This document shows, piece after piece, positions 31,564 through 46,430 of a stretch of 64,000 bases of DNA. Numbering within the stretch: the first letter of the stretch is position 1; each line of letters starts with the position of its first letter. The position numbers were made by a program, and so were the translations under genes. The notes beneath the pieces are model-generated. The model saw only the letters and a list, made by a program, of their open reading frames with translations, searched no databases and was not told the origin of the DNA. Source of the DNA: Macrostomum lignano (taxonomy: Eukaryota); NCBI GenBank assembly GCA_002269645.1, contig NIVC01000704.1, positions 141,692 through 205,691 of the forward strand, given 5' to 3'.

Positions 31564-32424
31564 TTTCAGCTGAGAAAGGGACAATCGAAAGCTCGATGTG
31601 AACCGAGCTGAAGGGCTGCTCCGCTCAGACCGGGCCGTGGGGCGGGCAGTCAAGGGGATTTCGGCAGTGGGGGATGCCGGCCTGAGCTGGCCGAGGGATA
31701 ATAGCTCAATGGAACAATGGATGGGGAACGAGATGAGCAGTTTTGATAGGGGAGGGTAGCGAGGCCAGGGGAAGAGAGGGACAGATGAGGAAGGAGAGGT
31801 GCTGGGTTAAAACTGCCGAAGCTCCGCTGCTGCTGCTACCGAAGAGTACGCTAATGCTGAGGCCAGCCAGGGGATGGAGAGCCGTGTCCAGCGGGTCCGG
31901 CGGCCGCAGGCAGGGGCAGGGGGCGCGGTCTCCATTCTGGCCTTGAAATAGGGCTGCTCCCGGGGCGAGCCGTCGCCAATTGGCTCTGCCTGGCCGCTCC
32001 AGCCACAGGTGAGCAGCCGTGGCCCTGGGGATGAGGCGCTCGGGGGGGGGAGAGGATATTGGGAGGGGAGCAGGGAAACAGAGAAGAATCTGGGAGGAGG
32101 AAGAGAATGGGAAAACCATCCCCATTTCCCCAGCGGGAGCCTCTCCCATTCTCTTGGCAGCTTTCAGATTTTTCCTTCCCAACCCCGGCCGGATTCAAAG
32201 CAAAAACGCGGGCCGCGGCCGCCCGCCTCAGCAACTTCCTTTGGCTAAACAAAGCCCGGCCATTGTTCTGCCCTCTCTCTCGTCTTTCCTCCGCTCCTCA
32301 TGTCAGAGCGCGCGCGTACTGCGCCGGTGGCCCCGCTTTGTACCTCTGAAATCAATGCCGCTCCCTCGGCTGGCAGCTACCGCTCTGGGGCCGAACTGGC
32401 AGCAGCTCAAACAGCTGAGATTTC

Positions 32425-33245
<821 letters not shown>

Positions 33246-33264
33246 ACTTGGCGCCCTGGGATAG

Positions 33265-33309
33265 CACATTCATAGGGAATTTCGCGGCTGGCTGTGCAGG
33301 AAGAATGAG
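33265..33309 (+). other. Candidate 45-nt exon ([15 protein letters not shown]), gene unassigned
   Basis: gatag|CAC...GAG|gtaatc; open frame just downstream of the (TCTG)n pyrimidine tract. Confidence 0.25.
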
Positions 33310-33849
33310 GTAATCAACGATGACAGACGCTTCCCGTGGGCTGAGAGAGCGGGGGGGAGGCTGTGAAAGGCAAACAGGTTTTGAGCAGGTCGAGGGCTCT
33401 CCGGGGAGCTGCCGCTGCTCACCTTGTGGCTGTGGGTGAGCGGGAATTGGAGAAACACTTCTGTGTGTTTTTTGTCCCTTTGCTTAACAAAGCCCGGGAT
33501 CGATAGGCTTCCTCCTGTTGCCATGGCAACGAGAGCTGAGCTTGTCAAAAAGATTTCCGGGCAATCGCGCCTCAAACCAAGCAACGTTTCAAAAGGAAAA
33601 TTCTGCTTTTTCAACACGTTACGAGCTGATAAAATCTGCGAGCTCTGTGCGCACAGGAGTCACATGGGATATTTAGACTACAAAGATTTGTTTACAAGTT
33701 CTGCAAACTTTCTTTGCCGATATTGTCGATTTTGAGCTCCGACTGCGAATGCCTCACTGGGCCGAGCGTGACGCACGCCGAGTGCCTCAGTTAATGAGTT
33801 GCGAGCGCCTGCTGTCAGGCCCAGGCACACCTGTCAGTCAATCTGGAGC

Positions 33850-33852
33850 ACA

Positions 33853-33899
<47 letters not shown>

Positions 33900-33960
33900 A
33901 CACTCACACACACTCACACACACACACTCACACACACTCACACACACTCACACACACACA

Positions 33961-34013
<53 letters not shown>

Positions 34014-34050
34014 ACACTCACACACACTCACACACACACACACACTCACA
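33850..34050 (+). repeat. (CA)n/(CACT) microsatellite
   Basis: Direct reading. Confidence 0.95.
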
Positions 34051-34639
34051 GCAGTTTTTGTTGCACAGTTTCAGGCATTCGATCCAATGTTTACGTATTT
34101 TCTGATCTCAGCTCTCTCACATCCACCTCATTTCTCTCATCTACTCTCTCCTCTCTGATCTACTCTACCTCAGCTACTCTCCCTCATCTACCCTCTCCTC
34201 TCTCATATTCTCTCGCATATCGTGAGGGCTAAGGCAGCCCTATTTGAGGCGCGCACTATTAACCAGCAATGAGTCACTAGGATCATTAATTCCTTTCGCC
34301 GATGCTGGATCTCTATGTGCGCCATCTCCCACCGCTGTTCCTCCTTCTTCCACGGCCGAAAAGATGAGGCAGAGACTCTTGAGACAGCTTTCTTGGGGGA
34401 ACTGATAATTTGAATAATTTAGCAACTTCTTTTAAGTCGCAGCCGCTATTGACAGACACTGTTGAAAAATGGAAAATGGAAAAATCCCAGACAGGGAAGA
34501 CATCCTGCACCCAATAGCTGCTGATTAATGCCGCACACGCCGCTGCCGGCAGCTGGTAATCACTATCGATTGCATGCGATCCACCGAGCAGCTCAAGTGA
34601 GCAGCTGGTAATGCTAATTAGAAAGAAGCAGACGTACTC

Positions 34640-36050
34640 TGCTTCGTCTCCTACTCTCTCGCTTGACTCTCTTCATCTCGTGCTCCGATCTCCTACTCTC
34701 CCGCTTGACTGTCTCCATCTCGTGCTCCGATCTCCTACTCTCCCGCTTGACTCTCTCCATCTCGTGCTCCGATCTCCTACTCTCCCGCTTGATTCTCTTC
34801 ATCTCATGCTCCGATCTCCTACTCTCCCGCTTGACTCTCTCCATCTCGTGCTCCGATCTCCTACTCTCCCGCTTGACTCTCTCCATCTCGTGCTCCGATC
34901 TCCTACTCTCCGCTTGATTCTCTTCATCTCATGCTCCGATCTCCTACTCTCCCGCTTGACTCTCTCCATCTCGTGCTCCGATCTCCTACTCTCCCGCTTG
35001 GCTCTCTACATCTCGTGCTCCGATCTCCTACTCTCCCGCTTGACTCTCTCCATATCGTGCTCCGATCTCCTACTCTCCCGCTTGATTCTCTTCATCTCAT
35101 GCTCCGATCTCCTACTCTCCCGCTTGACTCTCTCCATCTCGTGCTCCGATCTCCTACTCTCCCGCTTGACTGTCTTCATCTCATGATCTGATCTCCTACT
35201 CTCCCGCTTGGCTCTCTACATCTCGTGCTCCGATCTCCTACTCTCCCGCTTGACTCTCTACATCTCGTGCTCCGATCTCCTACTCTCCCGCTTGACTCTC
35301 TCCATCTCATGCTCCGATCTCCTACTCTCCCGCTTGACTGTCTTCATCTCATGCTCCGATCTCCTACTCTCCCGCTTGATTCTCTTCATCTCATGCTCCG
35401 ATCTCCTACTCTCCCGCTTGACTGTCTTCATCTCATGCTCCGATCTCCTACTCTCCCGCTTGATTCTCTTCATCTCATGCTCCGATCTCCTACTCTCCCG
35501 CTTGACTCTCTACATCTCGTGCTCCGATCTCCTACTCTCCCGCTTGACTCTCTCCATCTCATGCTCCGATCTCCTACTCTCCCGCTTGACTGTCTTCATC
35601 TCATGCTCCGATCTCCTACTCTCCCGCTTGACTCTCTACATCTCGTGCTCCGATCTCCTACTCTCCCGCTTGACTCTCTCCATCTCATGCTCCGATCTCC
35701 TACTCTCCCGCTTGACTGTCTTCATCTCATGCTCCGATCTCCTACTCTCCCGCTTGACTCTCTACATCTCGTGCTCCGATCTCCTACTCTCCCGCTTGAC
35801 TCTCTCCATCTCATGCTCCGATCTCCTACTCTCCCGCTTGACTGTCTTCATCTCATGCTCCGATCTCCTACTCTCCCGCTTGATTCTCTTCATCTCATGC
35901 TCCGATCTCCTACTCTCCCGCTTGACTGTCTTCATCTCATGCTCCGATCTCCTACTCTCCCGCTTGACTCTCTTCATCTCATGCTCCGATCTCCTACTCT
36001 CCCGCTTGACTGTCTTCATCTCATGCTCCGATCTCCTTCTCTCCCACTTG
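34640..36050 (+). repeat. 42-bp minisatellite (CTCCGATCTCCTACTCTCCCGCTTGACTCTCTCCATCTCRTG)n, ~33 copies
   Basis: Direct reading. Confidence 0.95.
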
Positions 36051-37184
36051 ACGCTTATCACCCAGATCTCCCATAGCCTCTGCTCTCAGCAAGCAAGAAT
36101 GAATAACTCGGATTCAAGGGCCCAGAAAAAGCAAACCTGCCGCAAGCCTGCAGCCTGCGGCAGGTGAAAATTCAGTTGGAGCTCCGCAACAAAAGCATAA
36201 AAAGCGGCAGGTTATTCAATGCTTAACTTTTTTTCGCCAGAAAATCTACAAAGCAAAAGCAGACAGGAAAGCCTCAGCCAAAGCAAAACAATTTTTGAGA
36301 ATGAAATTGAAAAAAATTGCGCTCAAAGTGCGATCGCTGCAAGGCCAAATAGAAGGGCGCTTCAGGTGAGGGCTACTGACCTTTATTCTCAGTAATGTAC
36401 TTCAGGATACACTGACCTCAGGTGGACCAGACCGCTATCTTGGTACTTCAAACAGGTTGCACTTGCACAAGCAGAACTCTCAGATATTCCAATTGGAGTA
36501 GCGCAGGCAAGCAGAGATTTGAGGACTGCGCGCAGACTGCGAGATGATGGCGAGAAACGCGGAAGCTGGCCCGGCTGGGAGACACCGGGGCATAAATTCG
36601 GATCTCTGTCTAATGAGGGACTTCGGCAACAAGGCGGTAGCTGAAAGTGCATCAGCGGGGGAGATGCAGAATGAGGCTGGGAGGGATAGCACGGGCCGAG
36701 CCCATGAGGAAACCCGATCCAGACAGGACGGGAGACGAATAAACTACAGGGGATTTCCGATCGGCTGTCTCTGGTTTTAGTCCAAAAATCCCACGACTTA
36801 ACAATAAGAAGGATCGAGGATCGAAGGCATTTTTAACTTCTTTTTGGACGCATTTCAAGCAATAAAACCGTGGCTCTTTTCTCTGCCTCGGGACCGTTGT
36901 TCAAAATGTCTATGGTGATTTACGTTAAGGCAATGACATCCAAGCAATGACCGGTCATTGTTTGAAATTGACAATAAAGCAATTTACCGTATCATTTTAG
37001 AAAACGAACGAGTCTATGAGTGTAAAATGAAATAGTCTATGGTTGTAAGTGGGGGCTTCCCCACACCCCCATTCCCCCTTCCTGATTGACCAATAAAGTT
37101 AGCTGGAAGTGAGAAAACATGATAAATGGCCATAGACACGAGCGGCGATAGAATTCTCACTTCCAGACAACCCCCCATTGTGCT

Positions 37185-37905
37185 ATTCTGTGTCATTACA
37201 GCGGTAGAACTGTGCCATTCTGTGTCATTACAGCGGTAGAACTGTGCCATTCTGTGTTATTACAGCGGTAGAACTGTGCCATTCTGTGTTATTACAGCGG
37301 TAGAACTGTGCCATTCTGTTATTACAGCGGTAGAACTGTGCCATTCCGTGTCATTACAGCGGTAGAACTGTGCCATTCTGTGTCATTACAGCGGTAGAAC
37401 TGTGCCATTCTGTGTCATTACAGCGGTAGAACTGTGCCATTCTGTGTTATTACAGCGGTAGAACTGTGCCACTCTATGTTATTACAGCGGTAGAACTGTG
37501 CCATTCTGTGTTATTACAGCGGTGGAACTGTGCCATTCTGTGTCATTACAGCGGTAGAACTGTGCCATTCCCGATGCCACTCAGCATCGCTCAGGACAAC
37601 TGCGCCATTCCCGATGCCACTCAGCATCGCTCAGGACAACTGTGCCATTCCCGATGCCACTCAGCATCGCTCAGGACAACTGTGCCATTCCCGATGCCAC
37701 TCAGCATCGCTCAGGACAACTGTGCCATTCCCGATGCCACTCAGCGTCAGCATCGCTCAGGACAACTGTGCCATTCCCGATGCCACCCAGCATCGCTCAG
37801 GACAACTGTGCCATTCCCGATGCCACTCAGCATCGCTCAGGACAACTGTGCCATTCCCGATGCCACTCAGCATCGCTCAGGACAACTGTGCCATTCCCGA
37901 TGCTA
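37185..37905 (+). repeat. Abutting 32-mer (CATTACAGCGGTAGAACTGTGCCATTCTGTGT)n and 40-mer (TGTGCCATTCCCGATGCCACTCAGCATCGCTCAGGACAAC)n
   Basis: The switch occurs at about 37560; the units share AACTGTGCCATTC. Confidence 0.95.
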
Positions 37906-38484
37906 AGTCGTAGAAAAAAATAAAACCAAAGAAAAAAGCTAAGTTTCTTTTAAAATGTCAGCAAGTATTCGCAAAAGAAACTTCAACAGCGGTTTAATAG
38001 AGTAATTAAAATGTTTTATTAATAACAATTAACGGCTAATTATGCTGCGCGCTGAAGCTTTCGGAAAAGGACAATCTCCCTTACTAATGAAAACAAAGCA
38101 AAAATAAGCGCAGAATTTGGTCCGCTCCATGCATGGAAGGAGCACTGCAGGAGCAGAGGGCAGAGCATTTCAAGGTTTTATTATAATAGAAGCAGCAAAA
38201 CAAAAATAAGCGGCGAATGCAGTTGACTTGTTGCAGAAAAAAACTGGTTGCAAATAAGTAACAATTGAAAGAAATTTTACTATACCAATAATGCAAAAGT
38301 AAGAAACGCATATCGGCAACAGAAAAAGCGAGTTGGACAGCGAATGACCATCCGCCAGTTCGAGCCGAATATCGCATTGACTCAATAAAACCAATTTGGA
38401 TAAAAGTGGCTGCTGGATTCAAGTAAAAAGTATTGCGGATAAGAGAGCGGCAAGGCTGCGTTTTTAGTATTGTGCCAGGTACCT

Positions 38485-39630
38485 CCTGTCTAACAGGTGG
38501 CACTGCTGTCTAACAGGTGGCACTGCTGTCTAACAGGTGGCACTGCTGTCTAACAGGTGGCACTGCTGTTTAACAGGTGGCACTGCTGTCTAACAGGTGG
38601 CACTGCTGTTTAACAGGTGGCACTGCTGTCTAACAGGTGGCACTGCTGTCTAACAGGTGGCACTGCTGTCTAACAGGTGGCACTGCTGTTTAACAGGCGG
38701 CACTGCTGTCTAACAGCACGGCACTGCTGTCTAACAGCACGGCACTCCTGCCTAACAGGCGGCACTGCTGTCTAACAGGTGGCACTGCTGTCTAACAGGC
38801 GGCACTGCTGTCTAACAGGTGGCACTGCTGTCTAACAGGTGGCACTCATATCTAACAGGCGGCACTGCTGTCTAACAGGCGGCACTGCTGTCTAACAGGC
38901 GGCACTCCTGTCTAACAGGTGGCACTGCTGTCTAACAGGCGGCACTTCTGTCTAACAGGCGGCACTGCTGTCTAACAGGCGGCACTACTGTCTAAGAGAC
39001 GGCACTCCTGTCTAACAGACGGCACTGCTGTCTAACAGACGGCACTGCTGTCTAACACACGGCACTCCTGTCTAACAGGCGGCACTCCTGTCTAACAGGC
39101 GGCACTGCTGTCTAACAGGCGGCACTCCTGTCTAACACACGGCACTCCTGTCTAACAGACGGCACTGCTGTCTAACAGGCGGCACTGCTGTCTAACAGGT
39201 AGCACTGCTGTCTAACAGGTGGCACTGCTGTCTAACAGACGGCACTGCTGTCTAACAGACGGCACTCCTGTCTAACAGACGGCACTCCTGTCTAACAGAC
39301 GGCACTCCTGTCTAACAGACGGCACTCCTGTCTAACAGACGGCACTCCTGTCTAACAGACGGCACTCCTGTCTAACAGACGGCACTCCTGTCTAACAGAC
39401 GGCACTCCTGTCTAACAGACGGCACTCCTGTCTAACAGACGGCACTCCTGTCTAACAGACGGCACTCCTGTCTAACAGACGGCACTCCTGTCTAACAGAC
39501 GGCACTGCTGTCTAACAGGTGGCACTGCTGTCTAACAGGTGGCACTGCTGTCTAACAGGTGGCACTGCTGTCTAACAGACGGCACTCCTGTCTAACAGAC
39601 GGCACTCCTGTCTAACAGACGGCACTCCAT
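38485..39630 (+). repeat. 20-bp minisatellite (GGCACTGCTGTCTAACAGGT)n
   Basis: Direct reading. Confidence 0.95.
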
Positions 39631-40064
39631 AACAGACGGATAAAAATGGACTGAAGTTAAGCGGACTAGCTGCTCAACACTTAGGGACTGAACAAAATAC
39701 TGAATACAATAACTGAAAAAGCAGCAAAAAAAGCAAAAAACAACTGCACAAAATTTATTGTACAAGCTGGCAGTTACTACAAAGATGTCGGAAAATGAGT
39801 AAAAATATGATCATAAAAGGTGAACTACTTTTCTTTATAATGACCATCGGTTCAGGAAACTTCTTTGCAAAGAATTGTCTAAAACTTGAAAGCGTGGCAG
39901 AGACAGAATTGCGCAGTTGTGCAGATTGGGTCTGTGAGCTGCTGCCGGCCCGAGTATTGCCATCCATTTCGGGGCATTCCCCGATGTACAAGCTTATATA
40001 CAGATTTAAAACATAAACCGAAGGTCCAGGACAAACAGTAAAACCCTGACAGTGCGAATCAAGA

Positions 40065-41570
40065 ATGAGCCTGGGATTGGGATTCGATGGTGGAATAGGG
40101 GATTTGGGATTCGATGCTGGAATAGGGGATTTGGGATTCGATGCTGGAAAATGGGATTTGGGATTCCATGATGGAATATGGGATCTGGGATTCGATGGTG
40201 GAATAGGGGATTTGGGATTCGATTGTGGAATAGGCGATTTGGGATTCGATTGTGGAATAGGCGATTTGGGATTCCATGATGGAATGTGGGATTTGGGATT
40301 CCATGATGGAATGTGGGACTTGGGATTCGATGCCGGAATAGGGGATTTGGGATTCTATGATAGAATATGGGATTTGGGATTCGATGCTGGAATAGGGGAT
40401 TTGGGATTCGATTGTAAAATCGGGGATTTGGGATTCGATGCTGGAATAGGGGATTCGGGATTCGATTCTGGAATAGGGGATCTGGGATTCGATTGTGGAA
40501 TAGGCGATTTGGGATTCGATTGTAGAATAGGCGATTTAAGATTCCATGATTGAATGTGGGATTTGGGATTCCATGATGGAATGTGGGATTTGGGATTCGA
40601 TGCCGGAATAGGGGATTTGGGATTCCATGATAGAATATGGGATTTGGGATTCGATGCTGGAATAGGGGATTTGGGATTCGATTGTAAAATCGGGGATTTG
40701 GGATTCGATGCTGGAATAGGGGATTCGGGATTCGATTCTGGAATAGGGGATCTGGGATTCGATTGTGGAATAGGCGATTTGGGATTCGATTGTAGAATAG
40801 GCGATTTGGGATTCCATGATGGAATGTGGGATTTGGGATTCCATGATGGAATGTGGGATTTGGGATTCGATGCCGGAATAGGGGATTTGGGATTCCATGA
40901 TAGAATATGGGATTTGGGATTCGATGCTGGAATAGGGGATTTGGGATTCGATTGTAAAATCGGGGATTTGGGATTCGATGCTGGAATAGGGGATTCGGGA
41001 TTCGTTTCTGGAATAGGGGATCTGGGATTCGATGCTGGAATAGGGGATCTGGGATTCGATTGTGGAATAGGCGATTTGGGATTCGATTGTAGAATAGGCG
41101 ATTTGGGATTCCATGATGGAATGTGGGATTTGGGATTCCATGATGGAATGTGGGATTTGGGATTCGATGCCGGAATAGGGGATTTGGGATTCTATGATAG
41201 AATATGGGATTTGGGATTCGATGCTGGAATAGGGGATTTGGGATTCGATTGTAAAATCGGGGATTTGGGATTCGATGCTGGAATAGGGGATTCGGGATTC
41301 GATTCTGGAATAGGGGATCTGGGATTCGATGCTGGAATAGGGGATTTGGGATTCCATGATAGAATATGGGATTTGGGATTCGATGCTGGAATAGGGGATT
41401 TGGGATTCGATTGTAAAATCGGGGATTTGGGATTCGATGCTGGAATAGGTGATTCGGGATTCGATGCTGGAATAGGGGATCTGGGATTCGATGCTGGAAT
41501 AGGGGATCTGGGATTCGATGCTGGAATAGGGGATTTGGGATTCGATGCTGGAATAGGGGATCTGGGATTA
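40065..41570 (+). repeat. 27-bp minisatellite (GGGATTTGGGATTCGATGCTGGAATAG)n with 270/297-bp higher-order repeats
   Basis: The marker variant ATTGTAAAAT occurs at 40411, 40681, 40951, 41248 and 41410. Confidence 0.95.
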
Positions 41571-41776
41571 GAATAGAGGATTTAGATGTATGTACCTCAA
41601 TAGAGGATTGATGACTAGAGTTCTAGGGGATCTAGGAGCATATTAGGGCGTGCTAGTTTTCTTGAGATTTGGGGATCAAGATGAGAATTCGAATAGCGAA
41701 TCTGGGACTCGAATACACGCGAGACTCGAAAGCTGGGGATCATGATAATACTGCTCTCAAATCCGAATGAACGGCG

Positions 41777-44700
41777 TCAGGCCAGGCCCTTCTTCTTCAG
41801 CAGGATGCTGCGCTTCCAGTCGGGCATGCCGGCCAGGCGCTCGGCCTCCTCCGCCTCCCGTCGGAGCCGCTCGGCCTCCGGCTGCAGCTCCTCGCGCTGG
41901 CGGGCCTGCCGCTGCTCCAGCAGGCTGCGCTTCCAGTCCGGCACGCCGGAAAGCTTGGCGGTCTCGGCAAGTCGGGCAGCCTCTGCGGCCGCGTGCGCCT
42001 CCAGCGCCTCCCGGTTCCGGCGCTCCAGCATCGCTCGGCGCCAGTCCGGCGCGCTGTCGAGGATGGCTGAGTAGCCCGGCACCGCGGACGGGTCGGCAAA
42101 ATCGTCCAAGGCCGCCGCCTGTTCGACGACTTCCTTCGGCGGTGGCGGCGACGGAGGGGCCGGCGGTGGCTGCGGTGAGGTGTCGGCAGCCACGGGCCGC
42201 AGGAGCAGCGCAGGCGGAGGCGGCGGCAGCTGGCTGGCATCGAACTCATCCGCCGTCGACTCCTGCTGCTGTTGCTTTTGTGAGGACTTGCGCAGGCTGA
42301 CGCCCTGCTGCAGCTGGGCGATGAGGGCGGCGGACTGCTGCTTTGGCTGCTGCTGGGAGGCTGGGCCGGACTCGCAATTGGAGCTGGAGCGGGCAACTGT
42401 GCGGACGGGGGAAGAACAGCGGGATTAATCCTCATTAACTGGTTTTCCTCAGCGCAGTGCAGATATTCTACTAAGCAAAAGCATGAATTCTGACAGGTGA
42501 TGCTCCTATCTAACAGGTGATGCTCTTATCTAACAGGTGATGCTCTTATCTAACAGGTGATGCTTTTATCTAACAGGTGATGCTCCTATCCAACAGGTGA
42601 TGCTCCTATCCAACAGATGATGCTCCTATCTAACAGGTAATGCTCCTATCTAACAGGTGATGCTCTTATCTAACAGGTAATGCTCCTATCTAACAGGTAT
42701 TGCTCCTATCTAACAGGTGATGCTCCTATCTAACAAGTAATGATCCCATCTAGATGATGCTCCTATCTAACAGATGATGCTCCTATCTAACAGGTGATGC
42801 TCCTATCTAACAGGTGATGCTCCTATCTAACAGGTGATGCTCGTATCTAACAAGTAATGATCCCATCTAGATGATGCTCCTATCTAACAGATGATGCTCC
42901 TATCTAACAGGTAATGCTCCTATCTAACAGATGATGCTCCTATCTAACAGGTAATGCTCCTATCTAACAGGTGATGCTCTTATCTAACAGGTAATGCTCC
43001 TATCTAACAGGTATTGCTCCTATCTAACAGGTGATGCTCCTATCTAACAAGTAATGATCCCATCTAGATGATGCTCCTATCTAACAGATGATGCTCCTAT
43101 CTAACAGGTGATGCTTCTATCTAACAGGTGATGCTCCTATCTAACAGGTGATGCTCGTATCTAACAAGTAATGATCCCATCTAGATGATGCTCCTATCTA
43201 ACAGATGATGCTCCTATCTAACAGGTAATGCTCCTATCTAACAGATGATGCTCCTATCTAACAGGTAATGCTCCTATCTAACAGGTGATGCTCCTATCTA
43301 ACAGGTGATGCTCCTATCTAAAGTGACGCGTCTACATAACAAGTAATGCTTCTATACTTTCACTTTCACTTTGAAATTTTCCCACTAAGCTAAGAGATGC
43401 ACTGACAGAAATAGCACATCAAAGTGAGAGCTAACAATAAAGGATGGCGCATCGGCTTTGAGCTGCCGAACTGTACGAGTAATTGATTGACAGCCACGCC
43501 CCGTTGCATCACGCGTCGAGTCAATTCTATGTAAAGAGCGCACACTCGGTAAGAGTATTAACAAACTTCAAAGAAATGCCAATTTGCAAACAGACTGGAA
43601 CAGAACAACAAAACCAACAGAGCCAGCGAAGATAGTCAGTCACCTTTCTTTACAGCCACTAGCGGCTTGCTGGGCGAGGCAACCGGGGAGGCGTGAGCTG
43701 GCCGCGACAACGGCTGAACAGTCCGAGCTTGCGCTGGTGGCACCGTTGGGGGCGGTGGCGGAGCTCCGGGCGGGTGCTGCTGCTGCTGCATTTGCAGTCG
43801 CGATGGCGTTCCAAAAGTCGATATAGCAGCAGCAGCAGCGGGAGAGCCTGGCAGATGGCCGGCATCCATTGTTGGTGGCGGCGCCTTTGAAGTTTGTGGG
43901 ACCGGCTGGGGCGGTGGCGGCGCCTTTGAAGTCGGTGGCACCGGTTGCGCCGGCGCCTTTGAAGTTTGTGGGACCGGCTGTGGTGGTGGCGGCACCTTTG
44001 AAGCCTGTGGGACCGGCTGGGACGGTGGCGGCGCCTTTGAAGTCGGTGGCACAGGCTGCGGAGGTGGCGGTGCCTTTGCAGCTTGTGGGACCGGCTGCGG
44101 TGGTGGCGGCGCCTTTGAAGTCTGTGGGACCGGCTGCAGAGGTGGCGGTGCCTTTGCAGCTTGTGGGACCGGCTGGAGCGATTGCGGCGTCTTTGAAGTC
44201 TGTGGGACCGGTTGCGGCGGCGCTTTTGAAGTTTGTGCAATCGGCTGCGGCGGTGGCGGCGCTTTTGAAGTCTGTCTTAGAGGCGGCGCCTTTGAAGTAA
44301 ATCCAGGCGGCGGCTGTGGCGGCAGCTGAGACGGAGCGCGATTGAAGCGGCTGAGAATCTCCGACACGGACGGCACGTCAGTCTCGATTTCAGCTTCGGC
44401 AGCGGCAGCCACCGCCTGCGGCTGCGGCGTTGGCGGAGACGGAAGCTGCACATCCTCAGAGGACGGCGGCGGCAGCGGTGGCGATGACGGAGACAGCTGC
44501 TGACCAGTGCGGGTGCTGAGGCAGGTGCCGGGGTTGCGCTTTGGCACGCTCGGCTTGTTTGGCTGCTGCGGCGGCTGCTGCTGCTGCTGGCTTCGCTGCG
44601 GCTCCGCGTCGCAGCGCCGGCCGAAGCTGCTGCAGGAGGGAGGCACGGCGGGCTGCTGTGGCATCGGCGGCAGGCTGGCATTGGTGGGGGTGGTGCTGAG

Positions 44701-46430
44701 AGCCGCGGACTCCGGGGCCTCCGCCGAGTTGGGCACCGCCGGGGTGTCGAACTCGGGTGGTGGCGACAGGTAGTCTTGAAGTGGAGGGTTCAGGAAAATA
44801 CTTAACTCGGATATAGTAAATATATCTATAATTTTCAAGCAACACTACTTCTTTAAGTAGTAAAATTCGAAAAATGCCCTGCAAGTCGAGAAGAAATTGC
44901 AGCACAATTGGAAACTATATGAGTGGAGTCGAAATAATTAAGAGAATAGTTACACCCGCTGTTTACCCACATTACAATTTTGTAGAAAATAATCTACGCG
45001 CTTAACACAGGCTTTCAAATTTGCTCTAATAAAGGGATCCGTTAAACACTTTGTTCGGTTAAAGTTAAATCTTCGCATTCCTACTGTCACTAGCTAGTAG
45101 CATATAGCGAGTCTTATTATTTTGTTCAGGCTCAGCCACTAACCAAAATCTGCGCAATCCACCATCAGCTCGCAGCCGGGCGCGGACAGTCGGGCATCGG
45201 GGCTGGGCCCGGCGGCGCAGTAGGCAGCCACCTGCATGGCGCTGCTGCCGCGGTTGCAGCACCCTGAATCGGCGTTCAAATCAACAGCTCGGCGATCGCC
45301 TTCGCAATCGTCTTCTTCGTCGTATTCGCGCAGAACTGCGTCCAACTCTTCCAGGGATTTGCGGACCTCTTCGCTCCTGCCAAATGGGATCAATTTATGG
45401 GGAAGGGGGTGGAACTGGTGTTGGCCAATCCAGGAATGCGAGATAGCGGTCCAGCCTGGTGGCGGATCACACATGAGGATCTGGGAGGATGGCGGATCAC
45501 AGCTGAGGATCTGGGAGGGTGGCGGATCACACCTGAGGATCTGGGAGAGTGGCGGATCACACCTGAGGATCTGGGAGGGTGGCGGATCACACATGAGGAT
45601 CTGGGAAGGTGGCGGATCACACATGAGGATCTGGGAGGGTGGCGGATCACACATGAGGATCTGGGAGGGTGGCGGATCACACCTGAGGATCTGGGAGGGT
45701 GGCGGATCACACATGAGGATCTGGGAGGGTGGCGGATCACACATGAGGATCTGGGAGGGTGGCGGATCACACATGAGGATCTGAGAGGGTGGCGGATCAC
45801 ACCTGAGGATCTGGGAGGGTGGCGGATCACACCTGAGGATCTGGGAGAGTGGCGGATCACACATGAGGATCTGGGAGGGTGGTGGATCACACATGAGTAT
45901 CTGGGAGGGTGGCGGATCACACATGAGGATCTGGGAGGGTGGCGGATCACAGCTGAGGATCTGGGAGGGTGGCGGATCACACCTGAGGATCTGGGAGGGT
46001 GGCGGATCACACCTGAGGATCTGGGAGGGTGGCGGATCACACATGAGGATCTGGGAGGGTGGCGGATCACACCTGAGGATCTGGGAGGGTGGCGGATCAC
46101 ACCTGAGGATCTGGGAGGGTGGCGGATCACACCTGAGGATCTGGGAGGGTTTTGATCACATCTGAGGATCTGGGGGCTCGGTCCCACAGCCGGCCCACTC
46201 ACCCAAGCGATCCGAGACTCGGCCCAGGCGAGGCGCCGCACCGATCGTCGCCGAAGCTCGCCCCACCGCCGCCTGAAGAAGTGAGCGACTGGGCGCCTAC
46301 GCTGGAGCGCTGCGAGTGCCGCTGCTGCTGAGCCGCTGCCTGATCGTTGGAGCTGAGCGAATTGAGCTGCTGGCCGGCCTGGCTGAGCAGCTGGTCGAGG
46401 GCGTCAAGTGACTGTTGGATGGCGTTTGGC
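41777..46430 (-). CDS. Espin/forked-like actin-binding protein (Pro-rich, WH2, C-terminal W-containing bundling-type module), 5' incomplete; exons 46430-46203, 45376-45144, 44774-43644, 42396-41777
   Basis: Four phase-consistent GT-AG exons (phases 2,2,1,1). WH2-like AALIAQLQQGVSLRKS. C-terminus PDWRRAMLERR...VPDWKRSLLEQR...MPDWKRSILLKKKG resembles espin PAWRRDLL...APWQRQVILKKG (from memory). Confidence 0.65.
42492..43325 (+). repeat. 20-bp intronic minisatellite (TGATGCTCCTATCTAACAGG)n
   Basis: Direct reading; shares TCTAACAGGT with 38485-39630. Confidence 0.95.
45455..46170 (+). repeat. 30-bp intronic minisatellite (GGCGGATCACACMTGAGGATCTGGGAGGGT)n
   Basis: Direct reading. Confidence 0.95.

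Noticed and set aside
40065-41576. DLGFDAGIG / ESQIPYS 9-aa repeat ORFs on both strands
   Set aside because: 27-bp satellite; openness follows from unit length, and there are no flanking splice or start signals.
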